DNA from: Perkinsus chesapeaki ATCC PRA-425
Taxonomy: Eukaryota; Protista; Perkinsozoa
Direction of reading: 5' to 3'
DNA: 55,643 bases
Assembly: GCA_013115145.1 (NCBI GenBank)
Contig: JAAPAO010000191.1
Location: 1-55,643 of the forward strand
Shown: positions 22,432 to 35,329 of the stretch, in pieces
How positions within the stretch are numbered: the first letter of the stretch is position 1
How the letters are laid out: every line of letters begins with the position of its first letter
The notes under the pieces: model-generated
Database searches by the model: none
Seen by the model: only the letters and a program-made list of their open reading frames with translations
What the model was told of the DNA's origin: nothing
Made by a program: the position numbers and the translations under genes

Positions 22432-23440
22432 TCAGAGACCAGTAATAGTGGCGAGCGCTAGGATGCCTGCGTATAAATGCCAGCGAAAACGAGCAAGTCC
22501 CGCGGAGTTAAACGTCCCTATTCCGCAGCGGTGGCCAGCTAGCATGAGATAACGAGGGAGAATACTCATGGTAGCATTCATCGGACAATTGATGGAAGTC
22601 GAAGTAAGGGAAGGCGTAACCTCTCTTGTCCCTGCTGAAAATCTAGATGAGTCAGATGGAGCATTACTACTGTAGTCCTTATAAGCCATTGATTGTTTCA
22701 CGAATGGATAACACCGTTTAACAATGGCGGCATAGACAGCAAACATCTTCTTATCAGTGCCACAGAGATACACAAACGAGTTATTTTGTGTCCTTCTCGG
22801 ACCACAATGCTCTTATTAATCATCTAAGGCTCATCAATGAACTGTAAGGGAGAAGTGAAGGTCGATGAACTGCGATTCACAACCGTGAAGTAAGTATGAC
22901 GTAATCGCTATGCGTGACACCGCTATCGCATTATGAGATGGAAAGAGGATACATCATTGAATGACGAGGAAAATGATTAGACCCACATTTTTCGGCTTCT
23001 GGATCGACGGTGACGAATTATCGACGACCTTGGATACGTTCGAGCAGCTCCCATTTGAAACGTCATCAGCATCCCCACTTCTATACTCAAGCTCAGAAGA
23101 CTCATTGGGCCCTGGATCCCACTGGGCATCTTTTCCCAGCTTGACTCTTACGGAGGCAGTAATTGGTGGCGACCATGCAAGGTAGCTCGAGAATAAGTGC
23201 TGAGTAGTTCATATGCAGAATATACTGAATCGGATGCGAAGAACCCGCTCAGAAAGTGTGAGAACGGTGAATGTGATTTAAATAGATTCAATCGGCATTT
23301 GCCCAGGCTTGGGCTCCCAGTGATCCGAAGTGGTGAAGTATCAAACTACAAGTTCGCTGAGCTGAAGCTGAATCCTCCTTGCGACATTGAGGAGCATGTG
23401 AGGAGAGGAGGATGAGATACTCAGTGCTCATTGGAATGCC
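22432..23440 (-). pseudogene. Possible decayed hypothetical gene
   Basis: Protein-like frame (SSYLAWSPPITASVRVKLGKDAQWDPG...) interrupted by stops; no family recognised. Confidence 0.22.
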
Positions 23441-23648
23441 TGCTCAGGTAGAGGGGCGTCACAAGACCACACTAATTAATACAGAACGTGCGCATGCGTA
23501 CACTAGTTGAACTTCTGAAGCTGCTTGCGATTGCCAGAAGGCCTAGAATCACTAATTGATAACAATAACTCGCTATTTGAACATTCACCACGAACAGCAA
23601 ATTGCAATCATAATTATTCGCCGGCGATAGGGACATGCTAAAGTAAGT

Positions 23649-24608
23649 CTAATCTATTTGCATTCCTTTCGGTTCACGGGATACTTGTAAAGCATGTAAG
23701 TGCTTTTGGCGGGTGGACCTGTAGTGAGGAGTCAAGAATTGTCCATCAGGGCGAGGCTCGGCATGACAACCCTCACTTTGCACGAAATCAAAAGTTTCTA
23801 GTGACTTACAGGGGACAGTGGTAAAGCCGGCATTTGTGTACAATCTCTTAAGATACTCTTCGCTAGGCTCTTCTCCCGGCTCATCTTTGAGTACAATAAG
23901 CTGCACGGCGATAACTCTCGGCCACTTGATTGGTATCTGCCACCATACGCTTCTAGCCAACTAGTTCGAGTTGTGAGATCCGCATAAGATTGGTATATAT
24001 CACAGATTCATCCGAAATCCACATTGAGGATGTATTCAAGCAATCTGGTAGCGATACCGGCATCGGAACAACGTCATTCAGGTACATGACTTACATTATC
24101 AAGTGCCTTCGGTACCATCATGGATGCGACACCTTTCTTCCTCCACTGACTGTGGACAAATACATGCTTTATTTCGGCAACATCATCACCTCTACACATA
24201 CTTGGCCTAAAAGTCGGTATTTAGATTACGTGGTGCCAAATTTACAATTGATCCTTGATGCACATAGGCAAAACATCCTCTCTCGTATACTCTACATATC
24301 CGACTACGTTCTGAAGGGGGAGGGAATAAGTATAAAATAGAGTCGGAAAGCGCAAGGTCTACATTGGTGTAAGGTCGAGCTTTGGGATCGACAGCGACGA
24401 ACCTCCGACCATTTTTAACACATTTGAGACCTTGCCCGCTGAGAACGTCCTCGATATTCCAAGCCCGATACTCCAGCTCGGAGGCATTGCGCCCTACACC
24501 CCACTGGGCAGCTTTCTCTAGACGGGCTAAAGTGGAAAGACTTGCAACTGTCAGGTCAACGATATTGACAGTCAGATGAAGAAGCAGCGCGGAGTTCATA
24601 TAAAGCAT
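23649..24608 (-). CDS. Signal-peptide GNAT-family acetyltransferase (array copy C)
   Basis: MNSALLLHLTVNIVDLTVA; GRNASELEYRA; AEIKHVFVHSQWRKKGVASMMVPKALDN; KWPRVIAVQLIV...YLKRLYTNAGFTTVPC. Confidence 0.85.
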
Positions 24609-25075
24609 ATCTTGAATCGGCCGAGGTAACAGCTAGCTGACAGAATAAGCGCAGGGTAACTCGACACAGGTGTGGTCCACACATCAAGTAAGAAGTTGCA
24701 AGACCACGAACATTAATGAATAAACGGTCATCAGTGACATAAACATGCTGAAGTGGGTTAACTTCATGTGCATTCTCTTCTCCCCACGGTGTACTTGTAA
24801 ATCATGAGAGTGCTTTCGATATATGGACCTACATGCAGGAGTGAAATCCAGAAACTGATATTGCATATAATTTATTTATATATTATATACTTATAAAGGG
24901 CATGCTTATCTGGCCAATGGCAGACGGTGAGTGTGCTGCAGATTGATGACACACAACAATATGAGCAATGTGATATATACGAGTGAATAGTCCACTTGGT
25001 ATTCAATACAATGGGAACAAGCTGAGCTATGGTGATAAATCTGCCATATAAGATAAACGGTAATGACTCATATAC

Positions 25076-26031
25076 TTATTGCACTATGAGCGTACAGGGT
25101 GGCTCAAGTTGAAGCAGGTAATAGGAATGCGCAGCAAACACTACTCTGAGCACGGTGCATGGGTCGCTATTGCAGAAAACTTTGGTTGGACAAGAATGAC
25201 GCAATATGAACCATTCTTTGTCTGGTAACTTACAAGGGACTGCGGTGAAGCCAGCTTCCGTATACAACTTCTTGAGATACTCTTCTTTAGGCTGCTTTCC
25301 CGGTGGTTCTTTGATTACCAACAGTTGTACAGCTACGGCGGTTGGCCATTCAACGAGTATCTACAACCAGACACCCTTCAGTCAGCGAGTTTCAGCCAGC
25401 AACCCAGCACAGTAGTTTTGCTAGTATTCGTCACAGCTGCTTCGCACCAACGCTATTATCGACGGGTCTTACATCGTCGAGTGCCTTTGGTATCATTGCC
25501 GATGCTACACCCTTTCTCCTCCAACCTGGGTGGACATATACGTGCTTTATCTCGACAACAACGTCATCGCTACACATTTTAGGCCTGAAAGTCCGTGTCC
25601 ATTTCGGACGGAACCAAGTGACCTATGTATATTCGCCGGACTGGTTTACAACTGGCTTTTGATGCATGATGAAGGAAATTTATCTCTGGTAGATAACACA
25701 TATCCTGCGACATTCTGGAGAGGAGTAAGCGGGGATAGTAAATACCGACTAAAGGCCGAATGCAAACTAATCTCACATTGGTCTGGGGTTTGGCTGCGGG
25801 ATCGACAGCGACAAATCCTCTTCCGATTTTCACCCGTGAAAACCGTTCGGCTGGCAACGTATCAGGCCAGACGTCTCCTTCCCCCGAAGCCCGGTACACA
25901 AGCTCAGAGGCGTTGCGGCCAAAGCCCCAGTCTTTTGGTCCTTTGAAATGGGCAAGATTGGGAGGATTGAGGATTCCAACTGCCTGGAGAAGGACGATGC
26001 AAGCTAGATTAAAAAGCAGTGTGGAGTGCAT
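25076..26031 (-). CDS. Signal-peptide GNAT-family acetyltransferase (array copy D; close paralog of C)
   Basis: MHSTLLFNLACIVLLQAVG; GRNASELVYRA; VEIKHVYVHPGWRRKGVASAMIPKALDD; EEYLKKLYTEAGFTAVPC. Confidence 0.87.
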
Positions 26032-26399
26032 AATGTTTGGGTTGGGTCGAGAAAAAATAACCTATTCACAGAATAGACAAAGCCTTTGTGACAAAGGTCA
26101 ACTCGACACTGTTGCAGCCGGCCGGAGTGGTAAATAAAGAGTCGCAAATCCAAGACAGTTCATCGGTTGTTTGTGATGCAATCAATTGCCGTCTCATCAG
26201 GGTATAGTCAGTTCACATTGACAAAGCTCGGTTGACTCGGAAAAGTATACCGCATTAGCTTGTAGTTGCCAACGCCTGACAACGGGGTTCGATCAGAAAA
26301 CGCAAAGTGAGTCATAGCTATCGTTATCAACTGAGGATTCGCTACCGATGAGCCACCCGACGAGCAGCCACTACTCGATGGCACCCGTCAACTTCAGTT

Positions 26400-27128
26400 G
26401 CGAGATTCATCGTGTGGACACACAAAGGTTGCTTCTATTCAGCCATAGCAATAAAAATTCGTGTTATCATGTCATAGAGACCGCTGCGTGCAGCCTACCT
26501 TGTATAGGGACAAAGCCCGCTCTGGTATACAGCTTAGTCGCATTGACGCTCCCGGGGCCGACACTCAACTCTGCCGCAACAACGTCCGACCAGTTCTCCT
26601 GTATCTGAGTATCGTGCACTCGAAGGTTGATCGCCGATCTCAGGCCGATCTCACGTCGTTGAGACTCTCACGGAGCAATCTTGTACCCACACCTTTGCCC
26701 TGCCAGTCTCTTATCACATTTATTGCTTCTACAACAACCAAGCGTCCCGTGCCCTCTGGGAGCAACCTGAGCGGCTAGATCACCCGAGACAGAGAGGGCG
26801 TATGACGCTACTCAGGTTCGTTTATGTACGACGTTACTCTTCCTACAACTTTCTGACAGAGAAAGATTCACATCATAGACAGCAGTAGGGAAGGAAGCAT
26901 TCCGAGCTCAGCATTGCTCACCCGGCCGTCCTTAGGGTACACTGCGACCCAGGTGTGAATAGGATAGGCATGCTCCAAGGGTGGTAAGGAGCTATACAGT
27001 CTATCACCGGGCTGGGCTGGGCCGTAGACAAGGTCAGATGCTGTGAGGGCCTGCAGAGTTGTTAGCTTGCTGAATGCTCCCTCGACAAGCATACTTGGCC
27101 ACATTATGAAGTGACGGATGATTCGCAT
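26400..27128 (-). CDS. GNAT-family acetyltransferase with probable signal peptide (array copy E); 3' end approximate
   Basis: MRIIRHFIMWPSMLVEGA; ASDLVYGPA; AINVIRDWQGKGVGTRLLRESLND|IQENWSDVVAAELSVGPGSVNATKLYTRAGFVPIQ. Confidence 0.82.
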
Positions 27129-27389
27129 GATTTTCGCAAGGAAGTACAACTCTATTGAGTTCACACTAGACAGCGTTAGTCCTTTCTAGAGGCGTTCAGC
27201 GAAGATATGATATGCAAAAGCGGAACGAGGCCAAGCTAGCCTTATTGAAGACTACTCCAGGCCCTGCACGCTATGTCCGCATCCTGCCTCCGTTCAGTGC
27301 TAAGTTAAACAGATTAGGAAGGATAACCTTAGCTGAAACTAGTGATAACATGCCGTAACATAGCAGATAGCTCCAATAGGCCGTACTGA

Positions 27390-30300
27390 TTATGGAGTTC
27401 TCTAAGAGAACCTACACGGCTGGAAATCGGGTTTTCGCGCATGCGGCCGCTTCGTTGTCTCGTCTCTCGAATGGGTTCCGATTTCATGCATTTCATGGTT
27501 GTGCATCGACTCTCCGTGCACTAGCGCAAGTTTCCCAGGGGCTGTTCAATAGACCTCGTCCGACTTTCAAAAGCACTCTCAGGAGAGCCTTTACATCTGA
27601 AATCCGATCCTAGGAACGCTCTTCCATTTCAGGAGAGGTAGTCTATTGCACACCCTGCGATAGTCTCTCTGATCTGCCTTGACCCCCACTTGACATCAGA
27701 CGCAACAGTGCCAGTTTCATTCACCGTAGTGAAGGTTCTATTGCTGCATGAATATAGTTATCTCATTATAACATACTTGGATGACATACTGATCAGCATC
27801 TCTAACATAATAACACGGCTGAATTATCATGGTACAAATCATCTCAACAACACCGCACCGATCATCACTCTTCTGGTTTGCCATCAAACTTCCCGAGCAT
27901 TCTGCAACAACGAAACAACATTGCCGAGCGGCAGCCGAGGCACGCCTACCTGAAGCTGACGGGATTCTTCGTCTGAGGCTTCGGGAAAGGTTCCAGCGGC
28001 TTCTTCGGAGATTGCGCCGCTGCGCACGCACTTGCTGTGAAGGCCTGGGCCATCTGCCGAACCTGGTGCGAGGAAACACATCTCCAACAGTAGAAAACGG
28101 AGAATTTTACCCGGTGTGGCTTCGATATAGTTAATGGCGTCAAGCCTGGTATGACCCCCGGGTTCCGAGGTTTACCAATCTTAGAAGGAGTCACTCCGGG
28201 GTTCAACGGTGTTATCTTGGGCTGGGAATTTGACGGCTTCAGAGGATCTCGAGTCTGAAGGAAATCATCCTCGGAGGCTTGAAAAATACGATGTTCGAGC
28301 TCACCTGCTCCTCATCATCAGTTGCCACGTCTGCTTCGGACTCTTCATGAATGATTTCCACTGGAGCGTTCTCTTTGTCACTTTCCTTCTCGGTCGGCTG
28401 GCCTGGAACACAGCACAGATTCCACGCTCACTCGGCCGCATCGACCATACACTGTGGGAGCTCTGACATTCGGACACTCAAAGGCGAGAGAACACCTTCT
28501 GCCTGCTGCCCTCCACCTACAGAGGGTTCCTTTGGAGGAGTCTTCGCTGACGGAACCTAGTAGCAAAAATCAAGTTCTTGAAGTTGCCTATGTTAGATAC
28601 TTCAGTGGGTTCTGGAACAGTCTCACTCTCTGCCTCCCTAACTGTATTGGCTCTAGCCTGCCACCCCTTCCGAGCCGCCTGACGCGCACCCTCACAAGAA
28701 TAAACACCGTACGCACGAACCTGGAAGGTCTCCTTCACAGTCGGTGGCTCTTCTGCCTGCTGCGGCTGGACTTCAAAGCCTTTAGACGTCTCTGCAGATT
28801 GATAGCCCATCACACCCACGACTGTGCCTCCACCTTGCTCGTCACCATTATGATCATGACAAGCCCTTGCCGATCTCTGAGCATCTGTTAAAGCATCACA
28901 CTCCGACTATCAGCGCCGACGCCAACGTTACCTCTCATAGCCTCCTTGATCGCAGCGTTGTAGTCGCTAACACCAGCAATGCCCGTCTTCAGCGCCTTGA
29001 GCTCATCCTGGGCCTGGGAGTGTGCGTGCAGCAACCTTGTTCTCTACAATATGCAACGATAGACCGGAGACCGTGTCACCACGGACCTCGGCAGCCACAA
29101 CGGTGAGCTCGTCGGTGACCATTTCTAAGGCGCCCTCGAGCTCCTTCTTTTCCTTCCTCAAAAAGTCCAACTTCTTTTCGGCGCTCTCCGCCCTAGCCTC
29201 CACGGCCCGCTTCACATCTGACCACTCAGATCAATACAACTAACTGCGAATACACCTACTCTCAAAAGAATCCACATCATGCTTCAGCTTCGCCGACTCC
29301 GTCTTCAGTGCCTCGAGTCGCTGCTCGCTTACCGTGAGGCTCCTGAATAGCAAGGGTGCATGGGGGCGGACTTTCTTACATTGCGATAGCTGACAGTTAC
29401 CGGCAGTACCACAGAGTAAGTAAGCGAGTAAGTGTTGTAACACACCCCAGAAACAGGACAGTGGAGCGCCGGTGGTGAAATGAAAAGTCCTTTGTTAAAT
29501 GCCCAGGATATTGAAACTACTTTGAGGAGGTTTAATAATACTTAGCGCGCTCATCGATTAACATACCTAAGTTGTTACCGAAACGATTAGAGTCTAACGC
29601 GCGGTGTAGATGAAGATAAAAGCCAAACAATACCAAACAGTTGACCACTACGAGCAATCTCGAAGACTCCCCACCACCTACCTCATGGTAACACTAGTCG
29701 AAGTTGCTGTTGTCCTGGTCAGTGGCCTCTGCGATGCACTAGCTCCTAATTCTGGTATAACTATCAACATATACCTCACCGAACCCACCGGCCTCCTTGA
29801 GCTGCTGTACAGTTCGTTCAAGCTCCTCCTTCGCCTCACACACCCTTCCGAGCTCCATTGAGAGTCGCTGAGCCTCAGCTTTCAAGCCAGTCCTCTCTTC
29901 CTCGGCTTCCTCCAACTCTTCCTTGATTCTCCTGTACTTGGCCAGGCCCTCCTCCAGCTGCTCCTTCTTGTGCTCGTATCTTGCCTTCCACATTTGACAC
30001 TCCTCCTCGCATTCGTCGAGCCACTCATCACGCTTCTTAACCTGACGCTTACTTCCAGCACGCATGCTCCGGCAGCGGCGGCGGTTACCTCCATTTGAAG
30101 CTCCAAAATCATATTGTTGCATTTCTCCATCTCGCCAGCTTCGACTGGCTCCGCGGTAGCAGCTCTTGTGACTCCCTAACAATGTAACAGTATCGCAGAC
30201 CCCGAAGAACTAGCCGCGGAACAGGAAAAGCTCGGCAGCTCTAGTGCAATAAGCGACGCTTAATTCACCTGCGGTGCCGACAAGCGTACAGAAGGTAATA

Positions 30301-33300
30301 ATATAGACCCATATATAAGAAATAGAGTTTACCTAGTGAAACCACATACAATACCCGAGCTGTTCAAGCCACCCTATGGGCTTGAGCGACAAGTAGGATT
30401 CGCTAATGAGGATTAAGTAGCGAAAATATCGCACGTGAGAGCAGCCCACTTACCAACATTCCAGCAACAGCCTCATCCATCTCAACACTCAAACGGCTGC
30501 GGACTTCATGAGACTTCCTTCTATTCTCATTCGACGACGCTGATTTAGCGGCAGCACTTGGAGGCAGCGGTGGCTTCCCAGCAGCAGCGCCTATGTGCAG
30601 TATGTCACCAACTCCCCAGCATTCTCCTTACCACCGGTTGCTGCTTCCTCCTTCTCCTTCAGCGCTTGCTCCCTTTCCTCAAGCCTCTTTTCAAGCAGCT
30701 CTATCTTAGACTCCAGACCAAATACCTGGGCCAAGCTCAGTCAACATCAGCGATGGTCTCCAGCAGCTCACCTCAAGCTCCGCAGTCATCTTCTCCTCCT
30801 CCGCCTTGTTCATTCTCGCTCGTGCTATCTGTAGGTCCCCCGGCAAGCTCTAGACACACATCAATCTACTCGAATCCACGCATCCCCACCTCGAGAGACT
30901 TGAGCCTCTTCATCAGCTCCTGGACTTCAGCCTCCTTGCCCTGCTTCTCCCTCTCTATCTCCTGCCATCTCGCATTGGCCGCATCCTGCACATCCTAGCT
31001 TACACTCAATAGCACCGGTAAAATCACCTGTTCCTCCCTCAGCTCCGCAACCACTGCCCTCTCATCGCTCAATTCAGCCTCTAGCTTAGCCACCTTCGCC
31101 TTGCTAGCATCACGCGCTTCCTCAGCAGCCTCCAGCTCAGCCCGTACAGCTGCTGTGCTCTCTTTCACCCCGCCCTGCAACGGAGCATACCGTTTGCTCA
31201 TTATAACCCTTTGAAGGGCCGAGTACGGTTACTAGTCTGCCATCCCTACCAGACGCCACTGCGACCACCACAGGAAATTTTTCGGAGCGTTCAATCAGTA
31301 CAGAGGTACTCAAATGCGGACTCGAAGTTCCGGTGGCGAAGTTATGGTTCACAAATCCTGCGGTTGTCCTACCTTAACTGCCTCCAACTCCTCCCGAAGC
31401 TTTCGCAAACGACTCCCTTCACTCTCCAGTTCGCTACGAAGTGACTTGATAACTTCCTGACTCTCGTTCTGGAGCTTCTGTAGTGCCTCTAGCTCCCTCG
31501 CCAACTCCTCAGCGTGCCCTCCCTCCGCCTTCGCCTACACAAGAACCTTCCCCAACTTTATACAACGCCAATAGGATAATCTAGCCGACAAAGCGAAAGA
31601 GAATCCCTTATTTAGCAATACCATTCCTCCTTAGCGCCAAAAAGGTAGTCTGCATTAAAGACTAATTCCCACCTCATCATCCCGCTGCCTCTGAAGCACC
31701 TGCAACCTTTCACTCTTCTGCTTGAGTTCCTTCTTCAGTGACTTAATGGTGCAAGCAGCTTCCTGCTTTTCAACTTCTCCCGTATCTAGTTTCTCTACCA
31801 GAGCTTCGGAGCGGTTCTGAGAACAGGTGCTACAGCCGAAGGCCAATACGTGCCGTTTGGGTCAGTAGAGAAGGCTCTTACCAAGGCCTCATCCTTGGCC
31901 TGTAGCTCCAGCTCCAGTTCCTGCTGTAGAGTTTTGATCATCTCTCGCGCTTCGGCTCCAGCTCTCTCTGACTCCTCAGTGACTTTCTCCAACTCCTTCC
32001 GCAGCTGCTTTATTTCCTAAATAAATCATCACCATCATGCGTGTCGGAATATCTGTCAGTCGCCTCTCTAAATTATTTCGCCGAATCGCCAAGCATGAGC
32101 GTGCTAAAGGACGTACAACTTACTGCAATTACGTTGCATTCCAACAAAATGTCCTCTTCCCACCAACAAAGCCGTGGCTTGACCGCCCGACCAACTCACC
32201 CTAGAGTCCTTGCCAGATCTCCTTGCCGAATCCAGCTGCTTACGTAGCAGCTTGATTGTCTCTTGGCTCTCGATGTCCTTGTTCAACGCCGTTTGCAATG
32301 CCCGACGAGTCTCCTCCAACTCCTGAAACTCCACTTCAGAGCGACCAATCTCCTCTGGAATACTTCATAGACAGCTGCCGAATCTGGCGCGGGATCAATT
32401 CTGGACAAGTCAGCCGCATCGTCATGGTCCAGAGTAAGATCGAACACACTGTCATGAGCGGCACTGGCTCGACCGGGGACCTGCAATTGATGCCAAAACT
32501 AACTGATGCTCCCACTACTCTATCAATCCTCCCTGATACGAGCAACTCATCCACAGACATCATCGAGTCCCGCCTCTTCTTTGGGTCACTGAGAGGTCAA
32601 TGAGCTAAAAATTGACCACGGGAACGACAAGTGCCACTTTATATCAGGACGCCATCGCCGACAAAAAGCAACACTTCTGACTGTGAGCTGGCGTATCACC
32701 AATGACTCCCCGCGGATGCTCTCCGCCGCTCACCTTGGCTTGGCTTCCGGTGTAGAATCGTCGCCAGATTTCTTTTTCTTCTTGCCAGCTGACCGTACCT
32801 CCCTCGTACGCTTCTGAGACCGAACCGACTGAACAGAACCGAGGGAGGCTCTCGAGCAGCTCGCCAGCCACCTCCGCAACAACAATGCACCCTACCGCAT
32901 CGGTGTCGTCGTCACCATCATTGCAATGACTCACCGGCAACTCAGCCAGCTCGCTCTCGGCGCTTTGGTCCGGACTAATTCACACTCTCCGTAATCTGCC
33001 ACCAACATCACTTACCTGTCATCCGCTATTCCCGACTCTATCAGAGCATCCGTTGCGTCCTGACACTAGCCAGACTCCAACACCACAGCGATCCTCAGAG
33101 CCTACCTCCTGTGTCGAACTGCGGCGCTGTGACGCCTCAGTATTATTATCGCCGCTGAAATGGAGGCAATGTCAAGCCCGGCCGAGCAGCCCCTCACCGT
33201 TGATAATCCTCCAGTACACTGGGGTCTATCGAAATATTCATCACACTGCTGCCGTTACGGTTCGTCCTCGGATCACAGTCTGCGGTACAAAGTAAACGAC

Positions 33301-33973
33301 GCAGGTTCGATCCCGGCACCCCACCAGATCGAATAAGCAAATTGAACGATGCCGCCTCCTTGAATCCGCTACTGCCAACTTCCTCCACACACGCCTGGTC
33401 GGAAGCCCTTAACAGCCGTCTGTCCCCCAATTGCCCTACATCTATCTTGGCGTTGTTGTGGCGAATATAGTAGTTCCGATGCTCCTCATCGTAGCATGTG
33501 AATGATACCGAGCCTCGCTCGAACTCGCTGTCCGTCATGATCCACCAGGCGTTGCTATCATCTTCTCCAATAACCTTCGCCTCGACCTTCAGCCGTCCCT
33601 TTGAGTTTCGCGTCTTGCCCGACAGAGCCTGAGCAACCACACTGTAGACCCTGCAATGTATTTACTGAAAAAATAGGAAACTAGATTCAAGGATGCATTA
33701 TATGATATTATTGCTCGTACAATCCTTCATACACTGGGATTCAACTATAATAAAAACATAAATTAAAAACGCCCAAAGGGAGGGCAAACCCGCTCCTATT
33801 GTTGGCCACAAGACAGCTCAGCAAAGGGACCGCTGCTCGCTCAGTTCTCTCTTCACGCCCGAGACACTTCACAATGCCACTCCTCCAAGACTCACCGTCC
33901 AAGACAGAGCTACCGCGTTCTCCGGTATCTCACCATCACTGTGCCATTGACGGAGACTATCCTGTGGGTTCAT
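27390..33973 (-). CDS. Very large multi-exon coiled-coil protein with an AbfB/CBM42-like segment near the N-terminus (could be more than one gene)
   Basis: Many E/K/Q/R-rich heptad exons (29003-32334) with GTAAG/GTGAG donors. The 33194..33640 exon has GSVSF..NYYIRH..GSSGFKEAASF. Confidence 0.65.
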
Positions 33974-34079
33974 CGAACACGGAAGAATCCTCACAGCTCT
34001 GAAAATAACGTCTTAGGGAGGCTTAAAGTGACGTCAAATGTATCCACACCGTAACTGGCATTCCTTCCCCAACTGTGAA

Positions 34080-34260
34080 AGTATTTTTTCATTTGTCTAT
34101 TTTTAACATTTATTTTTATAAATATCTGACTATTCACTTATTTATATATCTATTTATTTTATTTCATTTATTTTTTTATTTATTTTCAACATTATCTTTT
34201 CACCGATGTTTCCTATTCAACTTTCTACTATATCTTCGCACTCGTAGCACATTTCCTATC
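34080..34260. repeat. T-rich low-complexity tract (TTTAT-like)
   Basis: Visible TATTT/TTTAT degenerate repeats. Confidence 0.7.
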
Positions 34261-34881
34261 AACCGTTACTACGGTATCTTAAAATACTTTCTGTTAGATC
34301 CACGCAGGAAGTATATATGTACACTATATATCAGTATGCTGGTAAATTTGTATCCATGCAGACTTCAGCGATCAGATTCACTTCAGCAGGCCAGCATTAA
34401 AGCTGCATCAGCCCCTGCCACACCTACTTCGCTCCAGCTCCCAAGCCAGCACTCGCGTCCCTGTCCGGCAGGATCAGAAATATTTGTTTCTTCGTCACTA
34501 ATTTAACCGATCGTGCGCTGCAACCAATCTGGCAAGGATGACACTGCACCAGCGCCCTCGACCCCAGAATAATGAGCTTACATGTTGATTAACTTGATTA
34601 GATGCTCCGATAGTCGCCCAAAGCGGGTCGAAACAGGAAGGCTCGGTGGCCATAGTGTGCAAATACTATCACGGAAACCCACACTTCTGGCAATATTTTT
34701 AATGTAAGTTTTTACGGGTAGAAAAGGGTAGTCTCAAAGCTTGAGGGATGGGCAGTCTTTCAATCGCGCAGGACCTCGTGAACCAGTTGAGGCCTTCTCT
34801 TTGAACCCTTGCAACTATGCTAAGCTATCGCTGCTCACCCACCGTATAACAACAAGGCATGGTGACAGCAACCATTAAGTC

Positions 34882-35035
34882 TACATAATATTATATCTAC
34901 ATATCAATATAATATGTACTTATAATCGATAAACTAATATAACGAAAAAGATTTTGCTATATATATTACTATCTATCTATAATATATTTATAATGCATAA
35001 CTATATATTAATTATATTATATATCACCAGTCTAA
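34882..35035. repeat. Strongly AT-rich (TA-rich) intergenic island
   Basis: TACATAATATTATATCTAC...TATATATTAATTATATTATATAT. Confidence 0.75.
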
Positions 35036-35329
35036 ACATAACTTACTTAATTTTCAATGAAACGTTAATGTTATTTTGAGTTGAGCGGAAAATAGGACTC
35101 TAAAAGTTGTATGAGGTGCACACTTTAACAGTGCAAGACCTCCTCAACCAGACGCTCTCCGAGCCACAGCCTTTCAACCATATAATTATAGCAAAAACTG
35201 CTACTATATTATTCACCCCTAGTAAAACATTGCCAACATAATAACTTCTCGTTCGAAAGCATCCAACTAGAACGATTTTGAGCCGCTCTTGTGAAGCACT
35301 TCAACTAAACATTGCGTATTGACATTAAA

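Noticed and set aside
26620-26660. Apparent in-frame TGA and a direct repeat (TGAGATCGGC x2) in GNAT copy E
   Set aside because: It falls inside a GTGAG...CAG intron at the same position as introns in the paralogs, so the gene is not disrupted.
33298-33326. GACGCAGGTTCGATCCCGGCACCCCACCA looks like a tRNA/tmRNA 3' end (T-loop + CCA)
   Set aside because: The T-stem has a mismatch, the acceptor strand is 2 nt short, no 5' half or D-arm is present, and it lies antisense inside a gene.
34075-34506. 143-aa F/Y/L/I-rich ORF resembling a membrane protein
   Set aside because: Artefact of the T-rich low-complexity tract.
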